A DNA stretch of 64,000 bases from Abditibacteriaceae bacterium (GTDB taxonomy: Bacteria; Armatimonadota; Abditibacteriia; Abditibacteriales; Abditibacteriaceae): assembly GCA_965277285.1 (NCBI GenBank), contig OZ255721.1, forward strand, positions 2,336,001 to 2,400,000, in the 5' to 3' direction. Made by a program: the position numbers and the translations under genes. Shown piece after piece: positions 23,217 through 33,734 of the stretch (positions are counted from its first letter, which is position 1; every line of letters begins with the position of its first letter). The notes under the pieces are model-generated. The model saw only the letters and a list, made by a program, of their open reading frames with translations. It did not search any database and was not told where the DNA came from.

Positions 23217-23306
23217 TTAAAACAGCCGTATAATTATGAGTTCTGCTGCAGCGCGACCTTGATGCGCGTCATATTAATAAATGCTGAATGAAAGGAAAAC
23301 GTTATT

Positions 23307-24569
23307 ATGGTTTTGAATCGTTTCTTCCGCTACTTTTCAAAGAATAAGTCAGCCGACATTCCGTCGCTTTATCCCGATCTCGATCCGCTTCAACTCGAAC
23401 AGTTTCTCACGGACTCAGACTACGCCCACATAAAGTCATTCGACAATGTTTACGTTCTGCCGTTTTTTAGTCGAAAGAGTGAGCCAACGCAAAGTTGTTT
23501 CGGTCTCGGCCTTTCCCGACTCATGATTCGCAATCTGATGCTATTGCATGATGTCAGTATTCATGGGCCAGAGGACACGCCGCAGGTGCCGTGCGAGGCG
23601 ATTCATGCTGTGGCTGAGACTCATCCGCGATCATGCTATGTAACCGGCATCGCTAATTTCGGTTCAGACGGCTATTCGCTACAGGTTGAGGCCCAACGTC
23701 CGGGCCAACCAGTCAAGAACGCGTCGGTCCACCATGAGGACTTCAAGGCGTTTCTGCGCGACTGCACTTCCTCAATTGCCCAACTCCTCGGAAGCACAGT
23801 CGATGCCAGCATCGCCAATGCGTGGGAAGTGGCTCAGCCGCGTGACGTGAACTCGCTCGTTCAACTCGGCAAGATTCATCTCAATTTCCAGCACGAACAA
23901 ATGGTCGAGCGTGGCCGGGCAGCCCTGAAATTACTTGAAGTCGATCCCGATTTTGTTACTGCGCTGTGGGACTTCGACGAGGAACTACCGGGAGCCAGGC
24001 AGGAATACTTTTCGGCACTGAAACGCGATCCCTACAATGCCCAGCTTTGTTTTCTGACGTTTTGCACGATCTGGAACTCGAAGGGCCCGCAGCCGGAGGC
24101 GCTGCAATTTTGCCGGAGGGCGATCAAACTTTCACCAGGCCACGGCAAGGCTCATATGTGTGCTCCCCACGCCGCGCAGCAGCCGCAAAAGATGTTGCGG
24201 CACTCAGAACTGGGTTATCGCTTGCTGCCGGGCAACTCGTTCGCGGTCAACAATTACACAATTGCCCTGACTCGGACGAACGCCCCAGCGACTCAACGGA
24301 TTGAGCTTGCCGAAGAGGGTATCGCGGCGGACCCGCGTGACCCCGGTAATTATCTGAGGCTCATCGAGCTCTGCACCAGCCTGGGCAATCACCAATTCGC
24401 TCTTGCGACTGCCGAGCGGCTCCAAAAGCTGTATGAGCCGCAAATAGACGAGCGAGCGCTCTACTGTCTGCGCCAAAACCCCAGGATGGCCAAGTTGATC
24501 GACTCGGGCAGCTACGACCCGGCGGCGGCGAACCGTCAGCGTATCGCGGAACTTCGACAGCGTGTTTAA
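23307..24569 (+). CDS. hypothetical protein with TPR-like C-terminal half
   Basis: 420-aa ORF with RBS; helical repeats ALKRDPYNA, RRAIKLSPGH, IAADPRDP. Confidence 0.7.
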   Translation: MVLNRFFRYFSKNKSADIPSLYPDLDPLQLEQFLTDSDYAHIKSFDNVYVLPFFSRKSEPTQSCFGLGLSRLMIRNLMLLHDVSIHGPEDTPQVPCEAIHAVAETHPRSCYVTGIANFGSDGYSLQVEAQRPGQPVKNASVHHEDFKAFLRDCTSSIAQLLGSTVDASIANAWEVAQPRDVNSLVQLGKIHLNFQHEQMVERGRAALKLLEVDPDFVTALWDFDEELPGARQEYFSALKRDPYNAQLCFLTFCTIWNSKGPQPEALQFCRRAIKLSPGHGKAHMCAPHAAQQPQKMLRHSELGYRLLPGNSFAVNNYTIALTRTNAPATQRIELAEEGIAADPRDPGNYLRLIELCTSLGNHQFALATAERLQKLYEPQIDERALYCLRQNPRMAKLIDSGSYDPAAANRQRIAELRQRV

Positions 24570-24630
24570 AAGTGATGACCGAAAGAAAGTTCCAGCGCGT
24601 TCCTTGTCGCCGCGCTTTTTGCTGTGAGGA

Positions 24631-26895
24631 TTACGACGAAGGCTCGGCTATGGCTTTTTCGACGACGAGCGTGCTTAAATAGCTGGCTGCATATTGCGAA
24701 GCGGGAAAAAGTTGATTTCCGACGCGCCAGCGAATGAACGCATCGGCTCCGGGCGAGGCCACGTAAAAGCCTTCGGGCGTGTAAGCAATCCACTGGGGCA
24801 GTTTGGTTTGACGTATGTCATAAAGTCCCACATACCCGTCGTCTTGGCTGCCCTTCAACACCCAGAGCGTCGCCAGCAATCGAGTACTCGATGTGTCCCA
24901 AAATTTAGTGGTTCCATCCATTGAAGTTGAAACCAGACGTGTGCCGCGAGGCGACCAGGCCAAAGCGGTCACGCGTTCCGGATGGGCTTGGATAACGCGT
25001 CGTTGTCCTGTCTTCAAATCAAAGAGTGAGACGTTTCCTTGATCGTCGCCCATCGCCAACAATTGGCTATTGGGCGAAAAACTTGTGGCGTGTGTTTCGG
25101 TTGGCGCAATGTCAAAAGTTTGAACAGCTTTGCCGGTCGTGGTGTCCCAGAGACGCAGTTGGCGTTGTTGCTTTGCGGAGTAACGAATGCCAGCGACCTG
25201 CTTTGCATTTGGTGAAAGCGCGAGGAGTTGTACTCCTTCGGGGCGCGTCGCACCTTTGGCTTCTTCCTCCTCAATGGGGCGCGCTTCGCGTTCGACGTTG
25301 ATGGTGGAGAGCAGCGCGCCGTCCGCTGTCCAGCATTTGATTTGCGCCTTCTGACTTTGAGCCGTTGTCACTGTCTTGCTGTTGTGGCTCCATCTCAGGG
25401 CGCTGATGCTATCCCATTCTTCACCCAACCGTGCCTGAATCTTGCCGTCAGTGGTTGAAAGAATGGTTGTACGGAAGGGAAAGTCGGAAAAAATGGCGAA
25501 CGAGCCTGATGCAGAACCGGTAGCGGCGAGGTTTTTTCCATCTGGTGAAAGGATGAGCGCGCCAATTGCGCCGGAACTGCTGGCCTTTTTTTCGTACCAT
25601 ATTTTAGGATCGTCCAGCCGCCAAAATTCGATGTCGCCCGAGCCATTGATGTCGACCCGGCTCCCGGTGAAGAGGCGCGTACCGTCGGCGTCGAAAGTCA
25701 CCGCACCGATCATGCCGCCCATTACGGCCAGTGGATGTTGCAGCTTGAAGGGCTTGACATTCCAAACATAGGAAGTGCCGACGTTAGTTCCCACAGCAAA
25801 GCGTTTCCCGTCTCGTGAAAAGGCCGCTGACAAAAGTCGGCTAACCAAAGCATCCCATTGTTGCAGGATTTTCCCATCGCTGATCTGCACCAGGCGCGTG
25901 CTGCTAAAGCCAGCGATCACCGGTGTTTTGCCATTGCGCGCGAAAGCGTTGTCGTTAATTTGTTCTGAGGGGTAAAGCCGCATTGAGCGCAGCATTTTGA
26001 GGTTTGGCAGACTGTACAGGTCGGCGCCAACAGCGACGCTCTGACCATCCGGCGCGAAAGCTATGGCTGAACTCAGATGTTCCACTTTGGTTGTCGTCAG
26101 CAACGAGCCGGTGGCGTTGCGCAGTTCCAGGGTGTTGTTGGCGCTCTCGCTGCTTCGTGTCACTAAGAAAGTGTTGCCATCTGGCGCATACTGCACGCTG
26201 TAAATGTGGGCGTCTTTATCAATCAAGGTGCTTTCTGTGACGCCGCTTTGAGCATTTATGAGTTGTAGCTTTTGCCATCCTCCAGTAATCAGGTGATTTC
26301 CATCGGGCGAAAGAGATGTCAGGGAGTTGCTGTTCAAAGGCGGCAAGCTGCGCAAGGTTTTACCGGTGTCGTCAAAGAACTGGAGCTTGTTTTGTCCGTT
26401 GATGACGATAGTCTTGTTGTCTTGCGAGAAAACTGGTGTCCGAATTGCATCTGCCTTGATGAGCGTGCGCCCTGTTCCTGTTTCCAAGTTCCATAAACGT
26501 ATTTGACCCCAAATATCACTACTTAAAAGCGTTTTGCCATCGCTCGAAAAATTGAGATGGCGCAAATTGTTCTGATGGTTTTCCAGAACACGGATTAGTT
26601 CACTGCTGCTGCTATCCCAGAGTCGAATCGCACCGCTAAAGTCGCCCGTTGCCACTGTTTTCCCATCTGGTGAAAGAGCGACCGCTTGCACAAAGCCACC
26701 GGTTCCTTTCTGAATCACGAGTTCCGGCTTTGTGTTGGTGGCTACTGCTGTTGATGTGGGGTTTATTGTGTTTGCTAATTTGGATTCAGTGGATGTTTGC
26801 GCAATAGATGGCTGGCTGCTTGTGCTCCACAAAGCGGTTCCGATAGCCGTTCCCAAGACCACTTTCTTTGTGTTGGATTGCGGCTGTTTTTTCAT
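24631..26895 (-). CDS. secreted WD40-repeat protein
   Basis: Many VALSPDGKTVATG..IRLWD repeats; C-terminal WIAYTPEGFY; signal-like N-terminus. Confidence 0.9.
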   Translation of the reverse strand: MKKQPQSNTKKVVLGTAIGTALWSTSSQPSIAQTSTESKLANTINPTSTAVATNTKPELVIQKGTGGFVQAVALSPDGKTVATGDFSGAIRLWDSSSSELIRVLENHQNNLRHLNFSSDGKTLLSSDIWGQIRLWNLETGTGRTLIKADAIRTPVFSQDNKTIVINGQNKLQFFDDTGKTLRSLPPLNSNSLTSLSPDGNHLITGGWQKLQLINAQSGVTESTLIDKDAHIYSVQYAPDGNTFLVTRSSESANNTLELRNATGSLLTTTKVEHLSSAIAFAPDGQSVAVGADLYSLPNLKMLRSMRLYPSEQINDNAFARNGKTPVIAGFSSTRLVQISDGKILQQWDALVSRLLSAAFSRDGKRFAVGTNVGTSYVWNVKPFKLQHPLAVMGGMIGAVTFDADGTRLFTGSRVDINGSGDIEFWRLDDPKIWYEKKASSSGAIGALILSPDGKNLAATGSASGSFAIFSDFPFRTTILSTTDGKIQARLGEEWDSISALRWSHNSKTVTTAQSQKAQIKCWTADGALLSTINVEREARPIEEEEAKGATRPEGVQLLALSPNAKQVAGIRYSAKQQRQLRLWDTTTGKAVQTFDIAPTETHATSFSPNSQLLAMGDDQGNVSLFDLKTGQRRVIQAHPERVTALAWSPRGTRLVSTSMDGTTKFWDTSSTRLLATLWVLKGSQDDGYVGLYDIRQTKLPQWIAYTPEGFYVASPGADAFIRWRVGNQLFPASQYAASYLSTLVVEKAIAEPSS

Positions 26896-27113
26896 TCTGA
26901 ATCCTGTTGCAGAGACTCGCGCATCACTTGGCGGCGCATGGCGGCAAAGGCGGCGGATTCCTTGCCTTCCTTGTCGAGAGAGGCAGTGTCATCGTAATTA
27001 CCTGCGCGTATTTCGACACCTCTTTCTTTAGCGTTATAGGCTTGGCTCTCGTCGCGCACAAAGGCGGCAATTTGGCTGTGTCATATCTTTTCTCATCGGT
27101 ATAGTTCTTCTAC

Positions 27114-28031
27114 CTACATTGTCAACTGAGTTGTCAACGCCTGCTCCACAGCCTGACGATAAGACAGAAGCGTTCGCGGCAGAAGCGAGCGTATGGGCTT
27201 GGGATCACCGCTCGCATCAGCCTTCAGGCTGTCCAGAAATCCCTTGAGCGATCCTTTTGGCAAGTGGCCTGCCCGTTCCATAACCGGAGCGAGCACGCCC
27301 AGGAGCGCAAGAGGAATCTGGAGCTTGAGGGGAGGGCGTCGACCGAGGATTTCCGCGTTGGCATCGATCATTTGGCTTTTTGTCAGAACGTCGTCGTTGC
27401 CCACATCGTAGCATTGCCCATACGCACGTGAATCATCGAGCACGCTCACGAGATAGTAGATCAGGTCATCGACAGCGATGGTGCGCATCTTCTGCCCGCC
27501 GCCCAGGAAAACGGCGACCGGCTTTTTGGCCTGGCTCGCCAGCATCTCGAAACCACGGCCACCCGCGCCAACGATCATACCTGGTCGAATAACCGTCACA
27601 TCCAGGCCGCTACCCAGCAGAAACTGTTCCCCTCGCCAGCGCTCGCGCAGCCATTCGCTCGACGCATCAGCCGCGATCCCAAGGGATGTGACGTAGATCA
27701 GGCGACGCACGCCCTGCGCCTGGCAGCCCGTGACGATGTTCTGTAACCCGTTCAACTCGACCGCCATGAAGCGTTGTTTCGCTCCGCCCGCCGGTTGGGG
27801 TGAAAGCGTGTGTATAGCAATGTAGACCGCTGCGACGGATTCCAGAGCTTGCTTCATGGACACAGGATCAGAAACGTCACCTTTGACAATCTCGCAGCCA
27901 ATCGTCGCCAAATCCCCGATCTTAGCCGGGTCGCGCGCCACACAGCGGACGGTGTATCCGCCTGTCAGCAGTGCTTGGGCAATGCGCCGCCCGAGAAAGC
28001 CCGACGCGCCGACAATCAGAACTCTTCTCAT
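27114..28031 (-). CDS. NAD(P)H-binding atypical SDR
   Basis: VLIVGASGFLG, VTVIRPG; start at MRRVLIV (28031). Confidence 0.85.
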   Translation of the reverse strand: MRRVLIVGASGFLGRRIAQALLTGGYTVRCVARDPAKIGDLATIGCEIVKGDVSDPVSMKQALESVAAVYIAIHTLSPQPAGGAKQRFMAVELNGLQNIVTGCQAQGVRRLIYVTSLGIAADASSEWLRERWRGEQFLLGSGLDVTVIRPGMIVGAGGRGFEMLASQAKKPVAVFLGGGQKMRTIAVDDLIYYLVSVLDDSRAYGQCYDVGNDDVLTKSQMIDANAEILGRRPPLKLQIPLALLGVLAPVMERAGHLPKGSLKGFLDSLKADASGDPKPIRSLLPRTLLSYRQAVEQALTTQLTM

Positions 28032-28104
28032 AAATTGCCCTTCTTCATCGGAGACTGGCCGACACCGGAGACTGGCCGACACGCTCCGTTCAAGCACGCT
28101 CCGT

Positions 28105-29001
28105 TCAGGTTCCAAAATAACTTGGGCGGTCGAGATCGGCGATGAGGCCAGGCTGCGTCGGCTGCCATCCCAATTGTTGCTGAGTCCGAGTACTCGATGC
28201 CGGAGCGTCGACACCAAGGAAGTGCCCAAGGAAGCCGAAATGCTCCATGGCCTCCTCCGGGGATTTGCTGACCATTGGCAAGTTCAGGCGCCTGCCGATG
28301 ACCTCGGCGATCTCCCGAACCGGCACGCCCTCGTCGGCGACCCCATGATACCTGGCGCCTGCCTCACCTTTCTCCAGCGCCAGCCGGTAGAGATGCGCCG
28401 CATCCAGCCGATGCACCGCTGGCCAGTGATTCAGCCCATCGCCGATATACGCCGAAACGCCCTTTTGACGCGCCACATTGATGACAATTGGAACAAAGCC
28501 GTGATCGCCGTCGCCATGCACCGACGGCGGGAGGCGCACCAGAGACACGCGCACGCCACGCGACGCCAGCGAAAGCGCCAACTCTTCCGATGCGGCGCGC
28601 GGAAACGAGCCGGGGCCGACATCGGGTACGGTTTCTTCGGTGGCGAGGCGACCCGGCGAAAGGATCAAGGTTCCAGAGGTCACGACAAACGGGCGATCAG
28701 ACCCCGCGAGCGTGTCGCCGATTGCCTCAATCGCTCCGCGATCCGTCGCGCTGGCCGCCGCAAAGTCCACGAAGTCGTGAATAAAGGCGGTGTGGATCAC
28801 GCCATCCGACGCTGCAGCGCCACTCCGCAGACTATCGAGATCTTCGAGCGAACCGCGATGCACTTCGGCGCCCGCGGTGGCCAGCGAGTTGGCGCTCTCA
28901 TCCGAACGGGCGAGGCCCAGCACTTGATGACCCGCGCCGAGCAGTTCTTGAACAATGGCGGAACCGATGAAGCCTGTGGCTCCAGTTACAAAAATACGCA
29001 T
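28105..29001 (-). CDS. NAD-dependent epimerase/dehydratase family SDR
   Basis: MRIFVTGATGFIG, DGVIHTAF, VRLPPSVHG. Confidence 0.9.
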   Translation of the reverse strand: MRIFVTGATGFIGSAIVQELLGAGHQVLGLARSDESANSLATAGAEVHRGSLEDLDSLRSGAAASDGVIHTAFIHDFVDFAAASATDRGAIEAIGDTLAGSDRPFVVTSGTLILSPGRLATEETVPDVGPGSFPRAASEELALSLASRGVRVSLVRLPPSVHGDGDHGFVPIVINVARQKGVSAYIGDGLNHWPAVHRLDAAHLYRLALEKGEAGARYHGVADEGVPVREIAEVIGRRLNLPMVSKSPEEAMEHFGFLGHFLGVDAPASSTRTQQQLGWQPTQPGLIADLDRPSYFGT

Positions 29002-29067
29002 GATAAAGTTCTCCTTGATCTTGAGGGAGCAGCCATCTTTGGTTGTATGTGGTTGACAATCCCCAAT

Positions 29068-29952
29068 TTACGACAAGACTGCGGGTTTGAGCACTTCTTC
29101 GCACCACTGCCGAAAACTTGTTGGCGTGGTGTTTTCGGGCGTTCGCGGCTCGGCGTTGTCGAGGCCGTTGTTCTTGGCGACCATCATCTCGACATAGCCT
29201 TCCGCAAACGCCTGCGACATTCCGCTCTCCAGAAGGCGGGCCTTGAGGGCGTCGAAAGGGATTTGTTGGTAGCGCACCGGCTTGTCCAGCACCTCCGACA
29301 TGATTTGCGCCATGTCGTTGGAAGACAAGTCTTCGGGGCCAAGAACCGCGACGTGACCTTGTCCGCTCCAGGAAGAATCGAGCAGCAGCTTCGCGGCAGT
29401 CGCGGCGATGTCGCGTGTGGCGCACGTCGGAACCGCTTTGTCCCCGTCAAAGGGCGCGAAAAACATTCCCTGATGCTTGATCGAATCGACCTGGCGCAAC
29501 AGATTATCTATGAACCCGGGCAGCGCCAACGCCCGAAAGTTGGCGCCCGTGCCCGCCAGCAGATCGTCCATCGCCAGCGACGCTGTGACTATTCCGGCTT
29601 GTCCGGCCAGTGCCGACCCGCGACCAAGGTTTGAAACCCCAACAACCCGTTTCACGCCTTGGCTTTGGATGGCATCGCAAGCTGGTCGGGTGAAATCCAC
29701 ATAAGCGGCTTCAAGGCTTGGAGTGTGCGGAGCCGGGGGCGCGAGCCAGAACACGGCGTCGGCACCGGCAAACGCCCGGTTCACAACTTCGGCGTCGCCG
29801 TGCGATCCCTGCACGACTTCGACACGCTCGCGCGTGTTCGCGGGAATGCGCGACGGGTCGCGGGCGATTATGCGAACAGCCTCGCCGCTTTGGAGAACGT
29901 TTTCGAGCACCTGATGGCCAATTCTGCCCGTAGGCGAGGTGATGATAATCAT
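29068..29952 (-). CDS. NmrA-like NAD(P)H-binding protein
   Basis: IIITSPTGRIG, AFAGADAVFW, ATRDIA, GPEDLS. Confidence 0.88.
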   Translation of the reverse strand: MIIITSPTGRIGHQVLENVLQSGEAVRIIARDPSRIPANTRERVEVVQGSHGDAEVVNRAFAGADAVFWLAPPAPHTPSLEAAYVDFTRPACDAIQSQGVKRVVGVSNLGRGSALAGQAGIVTASLAMDDLLAGTGANFRALALPGFIDNLLRQVDSIKHQGMFFAPFDGDKAVPTCATRDIAATAAKLLLDSSWSGQGHVAVLGPEDLSSNDMAQIMSEVLDKPVRYQQIPFDALKARLLESGMSQAFAEGYVEMMVAKNNGLDNAEPRTPENTTPTSFRQWCEEVLKPAVLS

Positions 29953-30121
29953 AAAATCTCCTAAACCTCAAGTGCCTCATCAATCAAGCGTGCGAGAATC
30001 AAGTGTGCAAGTGAGGCAAACTGCAAATTACAAATGAATGCCTCCCGACTGAATGCCTCCCGAAATGCCTCCTGACACGTCGATGTGTTAGCCATTAATC
30101 CAACGACTGTGTTCGGTCGCT

Positions 30122-30778
30122 TTAGCGGTGTTCAATCAAATCGTTCTGGTCATAGCGCACTTTGGGCAAATCGCCGTATTTGTCGTCCGAGCTGCGATAG
30201 CCAGCGGTCGCAATCACAGTTGCGCTGTAACCTTCGACGCTCAAAATCTCATCGAACTTGGAGCCGACAAAACCTTCCATCGGGCAGGCATCGACACCAA
30301 GCAAAGCCGCCGACACCAGGAACTGGCCAAGCGCGATGTAAACCTGGCGCTTGTTCCACTGCAGCATATCGTCGGGCGTCATGTGCGAGATCGCGCCGCC
30401 GATCATGCCCGCGTAGCCATCGAGCGATTCCTGCGGCATGTGGCGAATTTCTCCGGTCGCCGTCATCAGTTTCTGCACGTCTTCGTCGCCCAAGGCGTTC
30501 TTGGCAAAAAACACCACAAGGTGCGAGCACGAAGTAACTGAAGGCTGATTCCAGGCGTGCGGCAACAGTTCCGCTTTCAAAGCCTCGTCGGTGACAACCA
30601 CGAACTTCCAGGGTTGCAAACCGAAGCTCGAAGGCGACAAAATCAGCGCTTTTTCGAGCGTCTGCCACGTCGCGTCATCGATTTTGCGAGTATCGTCGAA
30701 CAATTTGACCGCGTAACGCGCGTTGAGGGCATCAAGCAGAGCGTCGAAGTTGAGAGTGGATGCGAGTGTATTGGACAT
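30122..30778 (-). CDS. nitroreductase family protein
   Basis: RYAVKLFD, SPSSFGLQPWKF, GVDACPMEGF, PKVR; start at MSNTLAS (30778). Confidence 0.9.
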   Translation of the reverse strand: MSNTLASTLNFDALLDALNARYAVKLFDDTRKIDDATWQTLEKALILSPSSFGLQPWKFVVVTDEALKAELLPHAWNQPSVTSCSHLVVFFAKNALGDEDVQKLMTATGEIRHMPQESLDGYAGMIGGAISHMTPDDMLQWNKRQVYIALGQFLVSAALLGVDACPMEGFVGSKFDEILSVEGYSATVIATAGYRSSDDKYGDLPKVRYDQNDLIEHR

Positions 30779-30831
30779 GATGTTACTGGTCTCCGAATTA
30801 AAGAATTGAAATGACACACGGCAGGCTGGAT

Positions 30832-31557
30832 TCACCAGGCAAGCAGTTCGCCCAGATACGAAAAGGTGCCGTTTGGCCCGTCGTTGGGGATGGTGGCGAG
30901 TTCGACGCTTGTTTTGGCGCCTTCTTCGAGCGTCAAATCGCCATGGGGGTTGAGGTCGGTTTTGACGCTGCCAGGATGGATCGCGTTGGCGCGATGCGGT
31001 GTGTTTTGCCACTGACTCGCATATTGAACCGTCATCATATTGAGCGCGGCTTTGCTCGACGCATAGGCGACAAATTTGTAGTTCTTCATCGGCCCCTCGA
31101 AGTCGGCCTGAGCCTCCAAAGACCCTCCAATCGAGGACACGTTGACCAGTCGCGCTGCCTGGGATTTCTCCAGCAGAGGCCAAAAGGCGCGGGTGACTTC
31201 GTGAACGCCAAAAACATTGAGGTCGAAAGTCTCGCGTAACGCCGAGGTCGGCACGGTCGAGGGCAGTGTCATGTCCTCTTTCACGGCAAGGCCCGCGTTG
31301 TTGACCAAAACATCGAGATGGCCGAATTTCGCTTCGACTTCACCTTTAGCGCGTTCAATGGAATTCACGTCTGTCGGATTGATGTGCAGAAAATGTGCGT
31401 CAAGTCCGGCCGATTTGAGTTCGCTGGCAGCTTCTCGTCCGCGCGCTTCATCGCGCGCGCCGATGAGCACGGTGAACCCGTGATCGCGCGCGAGTTGACG
31501 GGCGGTTTCGAGTCCGATACCTTTGTTGGCGCCGGTAATGAGTGCGATTTTATTCAT
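30832..31557 (-). CDS. SDR (carbonyl reductase-like)
   Basis: TGANKGIG, NNAG, YASSK. Confidence 0.92.
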   Translation of the reverse strand: MNKIALITGANKGIGLETARQLARDHGFTVLIGARDEARGREAASELKSAGLDAHFLHINPTDVNSIERAKGEVEAKFGHLDVLVNNAGLAVKEDMTLPSTVPTSALRETFDLNVFGVHEVTRAFWPLLEKSQAARLVNVSSIGGSLEAQADFEGPMKNYKFVAYASSKAALNMMTVQYASQWQNTPHRANAIHPGSVKTDLNPHGDLTLEEGAKTSVELATIPNDGPNGTFSYLGELLAW

Positions 31558-31736
31558 GGTTTTTCCTTTGCGTTTGGAGCCTCACCAGAGCGTCCCAATG
31601 ACTTGTACTCCAGCAGGCGGTTTCTTCCTGTAAGCCGTTACAAGGTGTAATCCGTCAACAGGGCGTTCCTCAGACACGATGATGTTCGAGTACTCGATTG
31701 ACTGGCTTCCAGTGAAAGTCGTCAACATGACGTTTC

Positions 31737-32741
31737 TCAGGATTCGGAGGAAACAGTCACCAGCAATTTGCCTCTGGAACCACCATGATCCAATTGAACT
31801 TGCGCCTCGCCAACCTGCTCTAACGAAAAGCGCCCGGAGATCGTGAGGCGGAGATGCCCATCGTCCAACATTCTCGCCACGCGCCCCAAATCGTCACGGG
31901 TTGATTGTGCCATGGCAAAAAGGCCTCGCTGTCCGGGTGAACGCGAGAGAGCGAGGTTCGGCTGCCCCGCAGCCAGCACGAGCATCCCGTCCGGTTTCAA
32001 AGCAGCCCAAGAACTCTCCTCGGCTTTGCCACCCGCGAGGTCGAACACCAAATCCATCTGACCCGTCAGTTCTTGGAGCTGATCCGTGTTGTAGTCGATG
32101 GCTACGTCGGCACCCAACTCCCGAAGGAATTCTGTGTTTTTGCCGGATGCGGTCGCGTAGACGGTCGCACCGAGCCGATGGGCGAACTGGACGGCGAAGT
32201 GGCCAACCCCACCAGACCCTCCCTGAATCAACACGCGCTGACCTGGTTGCATTTCACCCTGAGTTATCAGACCGTGCCAGGCCGTCATCGCTGCCAGAGG
32301 AACCGCCCCCGCATCGGCGAGCGGAATGGATTGAGGAGACGCGGCCACTTCGTCCGCGCGAAGACAGACATACTCGGCGAATGTGCCCCGACTATAATTG
32401 GCGAGCGTGCCCGGATCTGCCCCGGGAAAGCCATAAACCGCATCGCCGACTTTCCAATCGGTAACACCCAGGCCTAACTCTTCCACAAGACCGCTGGCGT
32501 CGAAGCCGAGCAACAGCGGCAGGCGCTCTGCCGGGAACATCTGTGGGATTTCGCCAGCGCGGGCTTTGACATCAACAGGGTTCACACTTGTCCCTGCAAT
32601 CCGAACGAGCACTTCTCCGGGTTTGGGTGATGGCCGTTCGATCTCTTCCAGGCGAAACTGATCGACTCCTCCAAACTGGGGCAGCATCATCGCCTTCATC
32701 TTCTTCGCTGCATTTTTATTTGAGTTCTGTGGCATAGCCAA
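31737..32741 (-). CDS. NADP-dependent oxidoreductase (MDR/quinone reductase-like)
   Basis: VNPVDVK, GTFAEY, GGSGGVG, RGKLLV. Confidence 0.9.
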   Translation of the reverse strand: MAMPQNSNKNAAKKMKAMMLPQFGGVDQFRLEEIERPSPKPGEVLVRIAGTSVNPVDVKARAGEIPQMFPAERLPLLLGFDASGLVEELGLGVTDWKVGDAVYGFPGADPGTLANYSRGTFAEYVCLRADEVAASPQSIPLADAGAVPLAAMTAWHGLITQGEMQPGQRVLIQGGSGGVGHFAVQFAHRLGATVYATASGKNTEFLRELGADVAIDYNTDQLQELTGQMDLVFDLAGGKAEESSWAALKPDGMLVLAAGQPNLALSRSPGQRGLFAMAQSTRDDLGRVARMLDDGHLRLTISGRFSLEQVGEAQVQLDHGGSRGKLLVTVSSES

Positions 32742-32889
32742 ATCTCCTCTTCTGTGATATTGCGGCTAATGAATCGTGCTTGTCTTATCCAGTACAGAAG
32801 TCAGCTCATAAACATCCAGCGCGGCGCGCCATGCCTTCAGGCGGACTTCTAAATGTTTGCGGAATGGCACGATGTCGCTCCATGTGACA

Positions 32890-33639
32890 TCACCACGCGA
32901 CCGGACCGTCCTCGTCCGAGAAGGTGCCCGTTGGTCCATCCGGGCCGATGAGCGCGAGGCGAACGGCTTCTCGCGCGCCTTCTTCCACGCTGCGTGTGCC
33001 GTTGAAGTTGTTGAGAGCCGTCTTCGTGAAACCGGGACACGCCGCGTTGACCTTGATGTTCGTTGACTCAAGCGCGAGGGCAAAAGCGAGCATGACGGCG
33101 TGAGACGCCGATTTGGACACCGAATAGTTGCCGAACATCGCGCGGTGCGGGTTCGTGGGATCCGAGTTCAACGTGAGCGAGCCACCTGAGCTTCCGATGT
33201 TGACGATGCGCCCCGCTGGCGCTTCGCGCAGGAGCGGCAGCATCGCTTGTGTTACGGCGATGACGCCGAACACGTTCGTCTCGAAGACTGCGCGCACATC
33301 TTCTATCGGAGCAGTAGCGAGCGAATTAACGTCGCCCAGGTTCTCGAATTTCCTGCCGGGTCTGCCCGCGTGCGAGATACCCGCGTTGTTCACCAGCACA
33401 TCGAGTCGCCCGAACTCACCCCGAACGCGCTCGGCTGCGGCGTTGATGGAAGCCTCATCTGTCACGTCGAGTTGAAGGGCGTGGGCATCGACTCCAATGC
33501 TCTTCGCGGCTTTCTCCCCATTCTCAAAGTTGCGCGACCCGACGAGCACGGTGAAGCCGTGCGCCGCGAGGTCTTTGGCGATTTGCAGTCCGATTCCTTG
33601 GTTGGCCCCGGTAATCAGGGCCACAGGTTTGTCTTGCAT
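32890..33639 (-). CDS. SDR (carbonyl reductase-like)
   Basis: TGANQGIG, NNAGI, YSVSK; start at MQDKP (33639). Confidence 0.92.
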   Translation of the reverse strand: MQDKPVALITGANQGIGLQIAKDLAAHGFTVLVGSRNFENGEKAAKSIGVDAHALQLDVTDEASINAAAERVRGEFGRLDVLVNNAGISHAGRPGRKFENLGDVNSLATAPIEDVRAVFETNVFGVIAVTQAMLPLLREAPAGRIVNIGSSGGSLTLNSDPTNPHRAMFGNYSVSKSASHAVMLAFALALESTNIKVNAACPGFTKTALNNFNGTRSVEEGAREAVRLALIGPDGPTGTFSDEDGPVAW

Positions 33640-33734
33640 TGTGATTTCCTCAACTATTCGAGTACTCGACTCTGACCCTGGGGTCACATTTTTCGTTTGT
33701 GTTGCAATGGGAATTCCTTAAATAGAGCCGCGTT

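Noticed and set aside
27856..29634. 592-aa plus-strand ORF
   Set aside because: Antisense shadow of clear SDR and NmrA genes, with no motifs. The same applies to 2232-3326, 6122-7249, 46891-47787 and 52534-53451.
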